DNA of 64,000 bases from Candidatus Eiseniibacteriota bacterium (lineage in GTDB: Bacteria > Eisenbacteria > RBG-16-71-46 > CAIMUX01 > VGJL01): NCBI GenBank assembly GCA_963792585.1, contig CAWBWI010000006.1:672001-736000 (forward strand). Direction: 5' to 3'. A program made the position numbers and the translations under genes. This document shows, piece by piece, positions 1 to 9,443 of the stretch; position 1 is the first letter of the stretch, and each line of letters begins with the position of its first letter. Under the pieces are notes generated by a model that saw only the letters and a list, made by a program, of their open reading frames with translations, did not search any database and was not told the origin of the DNA.

Positions 1-569
1 GACCGGAAGTAGAAGTCGAGCATCGCGGTCAGCGGCGCGGGACTCCCCCGCAGCCGGCTCCGAAGCGCTGCGCCTTCCCAGCAGTCCACCAGCAGGCTTG
101 CCATGCTCCGCGTATTGGACTCGGCAGGAATGTCACCTCTCTTTCGGGCCTCCTCCAAGCAGACCGCGATCCGTTTGGCAATTGCTGAGAAGCATTCCTC
201 GATCTTGTGGCGGAACACCTCGCTCACGCCCGACAGTTCCTGTCCGAGCCCGCCAAGAAGGCAGCCCATGTAGCCCTCCTTGCGGTAGCTTTGCCGCGTC
301 AACTCGAAGAAATGGCGCACCCGCTCGAGCGGGGGCCGATCCTGGTCCCCGAGGCATACGTCAAGGCCCGCATGCACCTGCTGCATGTACTGGTCAATGA
401 CTTGGAGCGCGAAGTCCTCCTTGTTCACGAAGTGATGGTAGAACGATCCCTTCGGGGTACGCGTGACCGCGAGCAGGGCCTGGATACCCAGATCGTGGTA
501 GCCATGTTCCAGAAGCAGGGCCTGCCCTGCGTCGAGCAGGCGCTGCTTGGTTGCGTGCGCTATGTGCAT
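1..569 (-). CDS. TetR-family transcriptional regulator, NemR-like (3' end runs off the window; absent from the ORF track)
   Basis: Manual translation from ATG 569: MHIAHATKQRLLDAGQALLLEHGYHDLGIQALLAVTRTPKGSFYHHFVNKEDF...GCLLGGLGQEL...WEGAALRSR. It has the TetR HTH (KGSFYHHF) and a TetR_C GCL motif. Confidence 0.9.
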   Translation of the reverse strand, partial: MHIAHATKQRLLDAGQALLLEHGYHDLGIQALLAVTRTPKGSFYHHFVNKEDFALQVIDQYMQQVHAGLDVCLGDQDRPPLERVRHFFELTRQSYRKEGYMGCLLGGLGQELSGVSEVFRHKIEECFSAIAKRIAVCLEEARKRGDIPAESNTRSMASLLVDCWEGAALRSRLRGSPAPLTAMLDFYFR

Positions 570-625
570 AGTTGTCGATTGACCGCTCCCATGGAGCGAG
601 CCGTTTCTTGGTCCTCCCGTTCGCC

Positions 626-1012
626 TTAGCCCTTCACCTTCTCGATCATGTGGTCGATGACCCGGCTGTGCTCGCGCTGGGGACTGAACATGATGATTTC
701 CGCATCAAGGTCGACCTTGACGTTGTGCCCAGGCGGCCAGTAGAACAGGTCATTCGCATTCACCGTCTCCCGAGCGCCCTTCGCATCGGTCGTCGTGAGC
801 CGGCCCCGCAACACGAAGCCCCAGTGAGGACACTGGCAGAGGTTGCCTTCCAGCCCCTCGAAGAGCGGGGTGGTATCGACCCCCGCGGAGAGCGTGAAAT
901 ACTCGCCACTGATCCCGTCGGACCCGCTCACGTCGCCAAAGTCCAAGCGCTGGCGGATCACGGCACCAGGGATCTTCATCCGGACGTCCACGTCGTCTTT
1001 TGCTACCCGCAT
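626..1012 (-). CDS. Cupin-domain protein
   Basis: CQCPHWGFVLRG...DLFYWPPGH cupin motifs; AAGGAG RBS; co-oriented with the TetR gene. Confidence 0.8.
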   Translation of the reverse strand: MRVAKDDVDVRMKIPGAVIRQRLDFGDVSGSDGISGEYFTLSAGVDTTPLFEGLEGNLCQCPHWGFVLRGRLTTTDAKGARETVNANDLFYWPPGHNVKVDLDAEIIMFSPQREHSRVIDHMIEKVKG

Positions 1013-1046
1013 CTATGTATCTCCTTCTTTAGCCGCGTTTCTTCTT

Positions 1047-1066
1047 TCTAGACCAATCGGTCTAGA
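1047..1066. promoter_or_regulatory. Palindromic operator TCTAGACC-AATC-GGTCTAGA (NemR-box-like)
   Basis: Perfect 8-bp inverted repeat just upstream of the cupin-TetR operon. The core TAGACC-N4-GGTCTA matches the E. coli NemR box pattern. Confidence 0.8.
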
Positions 1067-1376
1067 CTGGTATATTACTCCATACGCGAACGCAGTCAAG
1101 GGGGCGAGTGACCTGACTTCGATTCCCGATCGTGCAAGCGCCGATGAAGGCGAACGCGCTGTCCGAGAGGGCTCCCGGTCGACGGACCGTGGCCGCACCC
1201 GTGTCGGAGCGGCCGGCAGTTCAGTCACCAACGGTCGAAACCCGGGAGGGCGCGAACGTCGATGGCTCCGTGCAAGTCAATCCAGATGTGACCCTCCGGA
1301 GGCTGCTGTTGACAGCTCAGCGCAGGCGGCGTCTATTGGATCTATGCTCCGAGTTCATCCGCATCGGGGGTGATCC

Positions 1377-2180
1377 ATGATCATTGCCCTGGCGTCGCCC
1401 CGTATCGCCCAGTCCCTGGACGAGGGCCTCGAGAAAACCAGGCGGTTCTTGTCGGAGGCTTCCGCCCAGGGCGCGGAGATCGTGTGCTTCCCCGAAGCCT
1501 ACCTCCCGGGCTTGCGGGGACAGGAATTCGACGTGCCACCCTTCGATCCGACACAGCAGGAGAGGGCGCTTCAGACCGTTGCGCAGTGGGCGCGCACGTA
1601 CGGGGTGGCCGCGATCCTCGGGACCGAAAGGCTCACGCAGGTGGGCCGGCAGATCGCTGCTCTTGTCATCGACGGCCAAGGCCATATCCAGGGGTATCAG
1701 ACCAAGAACCAGCTTGACCCAACCGAGGAGCCTTTCTATGTGCCGGGAAATACCCGACGCCTCTTCGAGATCAATGGGGTCAAGTTTGGCGTGGCGATCT
1801 GTCACGAGGGGTGGCGCTACCCCGAAACGGTGCGATGGGCTGCGGTGCGGGGAGCAAAGATCGTCTTTCATCCCCAGCTCACGGGGAGTGATCGCGAGGG
1901 CACCTGCATGACTCAGTGGGGAGCGGCCGGCGGTCCCTACTACGAGCAAGCTATGATGATGCGCAGCCGGGAAAACACGATCTACTTCGCCAGCGTCAAC
2001 TATGCGCTGCGCTATCAGGAGTCGGCGACGAGCCTCATCGCGCCCTCGGGCCAGTGCCAGGCCTACTTGCCCTACGGGCTTGAGGGGATTCTCGTACAGG
2101 CCGTCGATCTCGAGGCGGCGACCGGCTTTCTGGCCGCTCGGTACGCGCCCGAACGCTACCGGGAATTCGGGATGGAATGA
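1377..2180 (+). CDS. Carbon-nitrogen hydrolase (nitrilase family)
   Basis: Catalytic E-K-C contexts: CFPEAYL, YQTKNQL, AICHEG. Confidence 0.9.
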   Translation: MIIALASPRIAQSLDEGLEKTRRFLSEASAQGAEIVCFPEAYLPGLRGQEFDVPPFDPTQQERALQTVAQWARTYGVAAILGTERLTQVGRQIAALVIDGQGHIQGYQTKNQLDPTEEPFYVPGNTRRLFEINGVKFGVAICHEGWRYPETVRWAAVRGAKIVFHPQLTGSDREGTCMTQWGAAGGPYYEQAMMMRSRENTIYFASVNYALRYQESATSLIAPSGQCQAYLPYGLEGILVQAVDLEAATGFLAARYAPERYREFGME

Positions 2181-2181
2181 T

Positions 2182-2406
2182 GGGCTCGAAGCAGCGGACA
2201 TTTCGGTCGCGGTCACGGAGAAGGACTCGACTGGCAGACTGGCGATGACTCACGTCACACTGCACCCCGAGGTCCAGTTCGCGGGCGACCGGCGTCCGAC
2301 GGTGGACGATGAGACGGCCATGCACCATGAATCGCATGAGCAGCGCTTTATCGCCCGCTCGGTCAAGACGGACGCACGGCGTGAACCGGTCGGGTTGGCT
2401 CGCTAG
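2182..2406 (+). pseudogene. OsmC/Ohr-family C-terminal remnant
   Basis: GRLAMTHVTLHPEVQF...MHHESHEQRFIARSVKTD resembles the OsmC-family C-terminus (H..AH..CFIANSVK). The N-terminal half is absent and the Cys is replaced by Arg. Confidence 0.65.
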
Positions 2407-2479
2407 CACACCGGGCACCACAGGCCGCATCTGCTCGCAGCGCGGGCCCCGCGCCCGGCCGGATGAGGAGGAAGGGCAG

Positions 2480-3121
2480 ATGATCTCAGCACGGGACGCG
2501 CTGGAACGCTTGAAAGACGGGAACCGCCGCTTCGTTTCCGACGTCCGGAGCCGGGAGACACTCTCGAGCCAGGCCCGCCGCATGGAGGTCGCTGCAGCCC
2601 AGGAGCCGTTTGCGATCATACTCGGCTGCTCCGACTCACGCGTGCCTGCCGAAATCGTCTTCGACCAGGGAATCGGGGACCTCTTCGTCATCCGCGTGGC
2701 CGGCAACATCGTCGCATCCTCCCTGGTCGGTAGCGTTGAGTTCGCTGCGGCGCGGTACGGCACCCGGCTCGTCGTTGTTCTGGGGCATTCGCAGTGCGGA
2801 GCCGTTCTGGCGACCCTGGAAGAACTTCGGCAGCCGACGAACGATCAGTCGCGAAACCTGCGCTCCATCGTCGACCGCATCCGGCCGTCCGTGGAGACGC
2901 TCCTGGCGACCGAGCTGAGGGACGACCCCGATGCTCTCGTGCGGAATGCCGTCCGGGCGAACATCCGCGCCTCCGCAGATCACCTGCGGCACGGTTCCGA
3001 GGTTCTCGAGCGACTGATCCAGCGCGACGGGCTCCTCGTGGTAGGCGCCGAGTACTCGCTCGAAACGGGGACCGTCGACTTCTTCGATGGTCTGCCGGTG
3101 AACGATCAGCGTGAGGCGTGA
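2480..3121 (+). CDS. Beta-class carbonic anhydrase
   Basis: GCSDSRVP, RVAGN and GHSQCGA zinc-ligand motifs; start moved to ATG 2480 behind a GAGGAGG RBS. Confidence 0.95.
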   Translation: MISARDALERLKDGNRRFVSDVRSRETLSSQARRMEVAAAQEPFAIILGCSDSRVPAEIVFDQGIGDLFVIRVAGNIVASSLVGSVEFAAARYGTRLVVVLGHSQCGAVLATLEELRQPTNDQSRNLRSIVDRIRPSVETLLATELRDDPDALVRNAVRANIRASADHLRHGSEVLERLIQRDGLLVVGAEYSLETGTVDFFDGLPVNDQREA

Positions 3122-3364
3122 CATCGGCTCCGGGAGCCCTTGACACCGGGCGAGTCCGCCGCGAATTCCTATGTGCGCGTATCGCGGTCCAATCGATATC
3201 CTGACATGGACGGCGCGTCCTTCTCGCCTGGAGCAGATCGGACAACCCGACCGCGTTTCACTCGAGCACGGGCCGCCTGATGAGTAGAATCCGGAGTAAG
3301 GCAGCCGAGGGCAGGGCTGCCATGTGATGTCAACAAGCGACCGATTTCATAGGAGAACCTTACC

Positions 3365-3823
3365 ATGTCCGACAAAACCGGCACCGTCCGCCTTCACCGC
3401 GTGCTTCGCGCGACCCCCGAACGCATCTATCGCGCGTTCCTCGATCCGGACGCTTTGGCGAAGTGGATTCCACCGTACGGGTTCACCGCCAAGATCCATG
3501 AGATGGACGCGCGCGCCGGTGGCGGCTATCGAATGTCGTTCACGAACTTCGGTACAGGCAAGAGCCAGTCTTTCGGCGGCAAGTATATCGAGCTCACGCC
3601 GCACGAGAAGATCCGGTACACCGACCGGTTTGATGACCCCAACCTTCCGGGCGATATGCAGGTCACGATCTCGCTACAGAAGGTCGCATGCGGAACCGAG
3701 CTGGCGATTGTTACGGAAGGGATCCCGTCAGCAATTCCAGTCGAGTTCTGCTATCTCGGCTGGCAGGAATCGTTGTCGCAGCTAGCGTATCTCGTCGAAC
3801 CGGAGATTCCGGATGGCGCGTAG
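3365..3823 (+). CDS. SRPBCC/AHSA1-family protein
   Basis: RVLRATPERIYRAFLDP...GWQESLSQL; AGGAG RBS. Confidence 0.9.
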   Translation: MSDKTGTVRLHRVLRATPERIYRAFLDPDALAKWIPPYGFTAKIHEMDARAGGGYRMSFTNFGTGKSQSFGGKYIELTPHEKIRYTDRFDDPNLPGDMQVTISLQKVACGTELAIVTEGIPSAIPVEFCYLGWQESLSQLAYLVEPEIPDGA

Positions 3824-4002
3824 CTGTCCGCAGGCCTGCTGCCTGCGACGTTCGCTTCAATGCGGAAGCGCCTTCCGGCGACCTCCGTGGTTGGCGTCCG
3901 CCTGACCAAACCCCTCCGGGGACGCGCCCGCGGTGACGCGTCCCCGGATGTTGAGCGACGCCCCGCTCGAGACCGCCACGGCGAGGGTGGAGGCAAAAGA
4001 CG

Positions 4003-4311
4003 ATGTACTACCTTCTATTCTATGATTACGTTGCAAACGCCATCGAGAGACGAGCACCCTATCGCGAAGCGCATTTGGCGCTGGCGCGCGAGTGGGTCCA
4101 GCGCGGCAACTTGGTCCTGGGAGGCGCGTTTGCGGATCCCGTCGACGGGGCGGTCCTGGTGTTCAATGTGGATGGCCGTGAGGATGTCGAGGAGTTCGTC
4201 CAGAAGGATCCATATGTTGCCGGCGGACTGGTGACCGCCTGGCGCATCAGGCCCTGGACGGTGGTCGTGGGTTCAGCGCTCGGAGCCCGAGAAGCCCGGA
4301 GAGAGCCATGA
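4003..4311 (+). CDS. YciI-like protein
   Basis: RRAPYREAHL...GGAFADPVDG...DPYV...W.IRPW. Confidence 0.9.
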   Translation: MYYLLFYDYVANAIERRAPYREAHLALAREWVQRGNLVLGGAFADPVDGAVLVFNVDGREDVEEFVQKDPYVAGGLVTAWRIRPWTVVVGSALGAREARREP

Positions 4312-4406
4312 GCCGTGTCTACTTCGGTGTGGGAATCTCGCTGGACGGCCATATCGCCGGTTCCAATCGATGTCCGGCGAAAGCGTGGTACGCATGCGCC
4401 TCCTGA
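4308..4406 (+). pseudogene. N-terminal remnant of a RibD-C/dihydrofolate-reductase-family gene
   Basis: ATGA overlap with the yciI-like stop. Translates MSRVYFGVGISLDGHIAGSN (SLDGxIAG motif), then similarity is lost and it stops after 32 aa. Confidence 0.6.
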
Positions 4407-5251
4407 ATCGAATGGGTAAGGCCATCGCGGCGGTTCCCGTCGTGGGCCGCATCTTTCTCATGCCGTTTCGTCTGCTGATCGCTCTGCGGTACTCCGCCCG
4501 TCCTACGCGCGATCTCCTTGTCTGGTTGGTACGATCCCGTGAGTACACCAACTTCACCTACGCCCTCACCCCGCAGAATCGCAGGTACCTCGCCGCATTC
4601 GCCGCAAACGTGGCGGGAATCACATACGCGCAGAGCGCCCGGCACTTGCAGGAACTCGAAGAAGACAGCGATCTGCGCGAAGGCATTCTCGCGATGATGC
4701 GACGGAGCCCGCAGCGCGCGTTCTGCGATCCATGGGTGGAGTACGGCCGCCGCCTCGGCTGGTACATCGTCGCCCGGGCAGCGAAGCCCCGCGTGATCAT
4801 TGAAACAGGCGTTGAGAAAGGGCTTGGCGCCTGCGTCCTGACTGCCGCCTTGCGACGCAATCTACTCGAAGGCCATCCGGGAAGGTACTACGGCACGGAT
4901 ATCGACCCGAACGCCGGGTCCCTGCTGCCCGTTGAGTATCGATCGCATGGAGAGATCCTCTTCGGGGATTCCGTGGCCTCCCTTAAGGCGTTTTCGTCGC
5001 AGGTTGATCTCTTCATCCACGATAGCGATCACTCGGAATCCTACGAGGCGATCGAGTATGCGACCATAGAATCGAAACTCAGCCCACACGCCATCGTACT
5101 GAGTGACAATTCGAAGGTCACCGAGGCGCTCCTCGACTTCGCGCGTCGAACGAACCGAGAGTTTCACTTCTTCGCCGAGTTCCCGGATCGTCACTGGTAT
5201 CCCGGTGCAGGGATCGGCGCCGCCACGAGGCCGTCCATCGAGACCAAGTAG
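4370..5251 (+). CDS. Class I SAM-dependent methyltransferase (Methyltransf_24-like)
   Basis: IIETGVEKG motif I, DLFIHDSDH, VLSDN; start may be 4394. Confidence 0.8.
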   Translation: MSGESVVRMRLLNRMGKAIAAVPVVGRIFLMPFRLLIALRYSARPTRDLLVWLVRSREYTNFTYALTPQNRRYLAAFAANVAGITYAQSARHLQELEEDSDLREGILAMMRRSPQRAFCDPWVEYGRRLGWYIVARAAKPRVIIETGVEKGLGACVLTAALRRNLLEGHPGRYYGTDIDPNAGSLLPVEYRSHGEILFGDSVASLKAFSSQVDLFIHDSDHSESYEAIEYATIESKLSPHAIVLSDNSKVTEALLDFARRTNREFHFFAEFPDRHWYPGAGIGAATRPSIETK

Positions 5252-5277
5252 AGATCCGCCCTGGAGGGGTACGAGCC

Positions 5278-5787
5278 ATGTCACCCGAGCCTGCGACTCG
5301 AGACCGTAACCATCGGTGGAAGGGCTCCCACGGCGAATGGTACGTCGTCGCGCAGGTGGCGCTCATGGCGCTCGTCTTCTTCGGGCCGCGCACGCTCGGC
5401 GGACCGGCGACCCGTTCCTTCACGCTCCCGCATGCCTGTCGGCTCGTTGGTGGCATCTTCATGACCGCGGGCGGCATCATGCTTGCAGCGGGGATCGTCC
5501 GCATCGGCCGCGGCCTCACGCCGTTGCCGTACCCGAGAGCCGCCGCCGAGCTCGTACAGACGGGTCCATTCGCGTTGGTTCGTCATCCGATGTACAGCGG
5601 TGGGGTCCTTCTCGCCCTGGGGTGGGCGCTGTTCGTGCGGGGTTGGCTCACCCTCGCATACGTCGTCGTCCTCTTCGTCTTCGTGGACATGAAGTCACGC
5701 GTGGAAGAACGGTGGCTGGCGGAGAAGTTCCCCGAATACGAGACCTATCGACGTCGGGTGCGGAAACTGATTCCGTTCGTCTACTGA
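5278..5787 (+). CDS. Isoprenylcysteine carboxylmethyltransferase/PEMT-family membrane protein
   Basis: LVQTGPFALVRHPMY...EERWL..KFPEY..Y.RRV. Confidence 0.9.
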   Translation: MSPEPATRDRNHRWKGSHGEWYVVAQVALMALVFFGPRTLGGPATRSFTLPHACRLVGGIFMTAGGIMLAAGIVRIGRGLTPLPYPRAAAELVQTGPFALVRHPMYSGGVLLALGWALFVRGWLTLAYVVVLFVFVDMKSRVEERWLAEKFPEYETYRRRVRKLIPFVY

Positions 5788-5891
5788 TGGGGCCCCAACC
5801 GCTCGGGTCTGCGTCCCGCCCGAACGAAACGGGAACGGTGCACGTACGCGTCAACCTGGGATCACCCAGCGCATGAAGGGAACGGATCGAA

Positions 5892-6416
5892 TTGAACCCA
5901 CAAGATGCGCAGCCGATCGACTTGCGGAGACTCGTCCGTGAACACCCCGGAAAGCGGAGGTGCGATCTCACCCCTCTCTTCGGCCATCCGGATGCATTCC
6001 GCCAGGCGGTGCTCCGGATGACCGAGCCGTTCCAGGCGAAGCGCGTGACAAAGGTCGCAGGATTGGAAGGGATGGGTCTTGCCCTTGCCGGAGCCGCCGC
6101 CCGGGAACTTCGATCGGGGGTGGTGCTCTTCAGGAAGCCCGGCTTTCTAGCCTGGGACGCTCGATCGATGCCCTTCACGGACTACTCGGGCGAGGTGAAG
6201 GCCTTCGAGATGGCGTCCGACGCCCTGTCGGCCGGTGATCGGGTGTTGGTCGTGGACGACTGGACCGAAACCGGGAGCCAGCTTCACGCCGCATTCCAGA
6301 TGATCGAACGAGCGGGCGCCGAAGTCGTGGGCGCTGCTCTGGTGAATGTCGATCCGGCGGTGGGGCGCGACCCGCGCTTCAGGGGCTACTTCCTCCACGC
6401 CATACTCGTTTACTGA
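5892..6416 (+). CDS. Type I phosphoribosyltransferase (APRT-like)
   Basis: PRPP-binding motif VLVVDDWTETGSQ; FRKPG loop. Confidence 0.8.
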   Translation: MNPQDAQPIDLRRLVREHPGKRRCDLTPLFGHPDAFRQAVLRMTEPFQAKRVTKVAGLEGMGLALAGAAARELRSGVVLFRKPGFLAWDARSMPFTDYSGEVKAFEMASDALSAGDRVLVVDDWTETGSQLHAAFQMIERAGAEVVGAALVNVDPAVGRDPRFRGYFLHAILVY

Positions 6417-6486
6417 GGGACTCGCCGCCTCAGAGAACGGCTTGTTGAGACCGTCGGGGCGACCACCGACGGGCCTCCGGTCCTCC

Positions 6487-7032
6487 TCAATCCATGAGCG
6501 GCATCTTCAGCACATCGCGGATCCACTCCAGCCGCGTCTTCTGCATGGCGATCGCGCCAAGGGCCATGAGTTCGAAGTTGGGGCCTCCGACCCGCCCTTG
6601 GGCCACCCCCTCCTCGTAGAGGGAGAGGACCTCCGCCATCCGGGCCGCGCTCTCCTCCAGGAATTTCCGCCGGCGCGCCTTGGGAAGCGCCGCCAGGAAC
6701 GCGACGCGTGCCCGGAGGGGGTCGGGCGGTACAGCCACAACCTCCTCGGTGACCGGCGGACCGACCCAGCGGATCAGGGCTGCGCGACCCGCCGACGTCA
6801 CGCTGTAGTGGCGGCTCTTCCGTGAACCCGTGGCGTGCGGCTGGGAGCGGACCAGCCCGGCCGCCTCGAGTCGGACCATGAGAGGGTAAATGGCGCCGGA
6901 ACTACCGCTCCAGTGGGGGCTTGGCGAATCGAGAAACTCGCGCCGGACCTGGTACGGCGTGCATGGATGGTGTGCCCACACGACGCCCAGAACGGTTCCC
7001 TCGAGCTCGGTCAGCGCTCGCACAGGGGGCAT
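6487..7032 (-). CDS. PadR-family transcriptional regulator
   Basis: TPYQV...SSGAIYPLMVRLEAAGLV...YSVTSAGR winged helix. Confidence 0.9.
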   Translation of the reverse strand: MPPVRALTELEGTVLGVVWAHHPCTPYQVRREFLDSPSPHWSGSSGAIYPLMVRLEAAGLVRSQPHATGSRKSRHYSVTSAGRAALIRWVGPPVTEEVVAVPPDPLRARVAFLAALPKARRRKFLEESAARMAEVLSLYEEGVAQGRVGGPNFELMALGAIAMQKTRLEWIRDVLKMPLMD

Positions 7033-7101
7033 CCCTCGTCCTCCCCGGGCTCGGCGGCGAAGAGATCGCCCCGCGCACGTACGACAGACTGAAACCTAGA
7101 C

Positions 7102-7120
7102 ATAGTACGACTCGTACTAT
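7102..7120. promoter_or_regulatory. Palindrome ATAGTACGA-C-TCGTACTAT, candidate PadR operator
   Basis: Perfect 9-bp-arm AT-rich inverted repeat in the divergent PadR/protease intergenic region. Confidence 0.7.
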
Positions 7121-7169
7121 AGCCCGTCCGGCCGCCGCAGCAGTCTCTCTTTTCAGGAGGTGCGCACTC

Positions 7170-8339
7170 ATGGCTCCGTTCCTTGGCAAGCTCGCCCTCT
7201 TCGCGCTGGCCATCGCCGGCCCCGGGCACGACATGGTTCCCATGCATCGGCAGACCGTCCGTTACGAGCTTAAGGAGGATTCTGTGGCGGTCCCCATGAT
7301 CATCGTCGACGGCCGCATCATCGTGGACGTCACCCTGAACGGCGGCGGCCCGTTCCCGTTCATCTTTGATACCGGGGCCCAGGGGAGCGTGATGGACCTG
7401 GCGTTCGCGCGCGAGCAGCGGCTGGACCTGGGCCAGGAGGTCACGGTCGGGAGCCCCAGCGGTCCCGGTCGGCCGGGCGCCATGGTCACGATCCAGGATC
7501 TTGCCATCGGAGGATTGACCCTCAAGCGTATGATGAGCATCGCCTTCGACGGCCTTCCTTTCCCGCGAAACGAGACCTCGCCGCGCGGCGTGCTGAGCCC
7601 TTATGGCCTCAGCGGGCTCCTGGTCACGATCGACTACGCGAGGCGGAACCTGATATTCACGCGCGGCGCCCTCCCGGAACCGGACGGGCGCGAGATCTTC
7701 GGCTGGGATGCCGGGCAGGCACTGCCCGAAATTCCGGCAACCGTTGGAGGCCTGCCCGTCAATTGCCATCTTGATTCCGGCGCCTCGAGCGGTGTGACCC
7801 TTCCCGCCTCCTTCGCGAGTCAATTGACCCTGGACGGTCCACTCGTCGACATGGGTTACGCGAAGGCAGTCGATCATGTCTGGCCGGTGCGGGGCGCCCC
7901 GCTCCAGGGCGCACTGACGATCGGGCGCTACACGCTCGATCGCCCGCTCCTTCGCTTCATGGACAGAGCAAGGGGGGCGGCCAATGTGGGCGCGGCCGTG
8001 CTGAACCAGTTCGTCATCACCATCGACCCCAAGAACTCCCGGCTCCGGCTCGAGGGTCCGTCGGACGGCCGTCTCAAGGAATCCGGCGATCTGAAGCCCC
8101 GCTATGGACTTCAGTTCGAGGCGCTGGACGCGGATCCGCTCGTTCTGCTCGTCGTGGATGCCGGATCCCCGGCCGAGAACGGCGGTCTCCGTGCGGGCGA
8201 CCGGATCCTGTCACTCAACGGCCGCCCGATCGGTGAGATCGATGCGAGCGACCGTGTCGATGCGTTGAAAGCTTCGCCGCTCGAGGTGACGGCGCGACGG
8301 GGCGACGAGACCATCGCGATCCGGCTGGCGCTCCCCTGA
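7170..8339 (+). CDS. Secreted aspartyl protease (two retropepsin-like domains) with C-terminal PDZ
   Basis: FIFDTGA and HLDSGA catalytic motifs; GSPAENGGLRAGDRILSLNG PDZ; AGGAGG RBS before ATG 7170; hydrophobic N-terminus. Confidence 0.85.
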   Translation: MAPFLGKLALFALAIAGPGHDMVPMHRQTVRYELKEDSVAVPMIIVDGRIIVDVTLNGGGPFPFIFDTGAQGSVMDLAFAREQRLDLGQEVTVGSPSGPGRPGAMVTIQDLAIGGLTLKRMMSIAFDGLPFPRNETSPRGVLSPYGLSGLLVTIDYARRNLIFTRGALPEPDGREIFGWDAGQALPEIPATVGGLPVNCHLDSGASSGVTLPASFASQLTLDGPLVDMGYAKAVDHVWPVRGAPLQGALTIGRYTLDRPLLRFMDRARGAANVGAAVLNQFVITIDPKNSRLRLEGPSDGRLKESGDLKPRYGLQFEALDADPLVLLVVDAGSPAENGGLRAGDRILSLNGRPIGEIDASDRVDALKASPLEVTARRGDETIAIRLALP

Positions 8340-8581
8340 CAGCGGGCCTCAGAGACCGGGTCGGGCGCAGGGAAACGCGTTCGATCGTCGGCTGCGGGCG
8401 CTAGACTTGGAGCGGCCCGGAGAGGAGTGCCGGTTTTCTAGGCGGGGAGGCTCGAGACAGGTGAGCGCTCGACGAGAGGGCAACGCAAACCGCAGGGATC
8501 GTCGCGACCCGACATCGGAGGCTTCCTCTGCCGGCCGTCCGTGAGCTGCTCTCGGTCTGCTTCACGCCGATCCTGCAGGCC

Positions 8582-9283
8582 ATGCTCCTCTGGGTGCCCG
8601 TGTTCGTGGGATTCGTGCTCCTGCTCGGGATCGGTCTCTTCCGGTTCGGTCAGTCCAGAATCCGCAAGGCCGTGGCGGACGGATCAGGTCCGTTTCCTCG
8701 ATCCCGTATCTGGGCCGTGCGCCTGACCCTGGTCCTGACGCAGATCGTTTTTCTGCCGCTCGTTGCATTGGTCATGGCAGTCCCCTTCGCCCTCGAGCAG
8801 GGCGCCGCGCGGACCATCGAGTCCACGTCGACCAAGGTTCTGGACTGGGGGATGCGCACGGGCACCGACGCCCTCAAGGAGAAGTTCCAGATCGTCGATG
8901 ACACGGCCATCGTCGACCTCGCCCGAGTCGCGCCCATCCTGCGCTCCATCCCGCCTGCGGCCACGCGGGCCCGGGGATTCCTCGGCGTGCTCTCCACCGT
9001 TCCGAAGCTCGCGACCAATGCCTATTTCAGCGCGATCAACACCGTCGTCGAGCGGGCGGCGAAGGCGAATCTCCGTCTCACCTGGAACGACGTCTTCCGG
9101 TCCACCCGAACGCAGTTCGAAGCCATCTGGGGGGTCCACGCCCGCGTCATCGCGACGTTTCTGAGGGTCTCCTCGCTTCACTTCCTCCAGATCTTGGCGG
9201 TGACGGTCGCGATCGTCGATCCGGCATGCATCCTCCTCATTCTGTTGATGACGGGCCGCAGACCGGCGTCCCCCTCGTCATGA
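8582..9283 (+). CDS. Hypothetical membrane protein
   Basis: 233-aa ORF with about three hydrophobic segments and GC3-rich codons; no family recognised. Confidence 0.65.
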   Translation: MLLWVPVFVGFVLLLGIGLFRFGQSRIRKAVADGSGPFPRSRIWAVRLTLVLTQIVFLPLVALVMAVPFALEQGAARTIESTSTKVLDWGMRTGTDALKEKFQIVDDTAIVDLARVAPILRSIPPAATRARGFLGVLSTVPKLATNAYFSAINTVVERAAKANLRLTWNDVFRSTRTQFEAIWGVHARVIATFLRVSSLHFLQILAVTVAIVDPACILLILLMTGRRPASPSS

Positions 9284-9443
9284 CAGCGTTCGGCTGTGGG
9301 GATGGCAGGAACACGAAGCCAGGCGATGCCGCGGAGGGCGCGTTCGTCTTCACGCGGAAGGACCGCGCGCTGCCCGGAATGGTCGGGCTCTTCCTCGTCG
9401 CCCGGCACGAAGAGCCTCTCCGGCCCGTGGGTCCATAGGTCAC

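Noticed and set aside
207..629. 140-aa + strand ORF
   Set aside because: Antisense shadow of the TetR gene.
3900..3956. attC-like site: GCCTGAC...12-bp hairpin (3915-3948)...GTTGAGC
   Set aside because: The left end is not RYYYAAC, L boxes are not evident, no similar sites recur in other spacers, and no integrase is present. It is more likely an ordinary hairpin.
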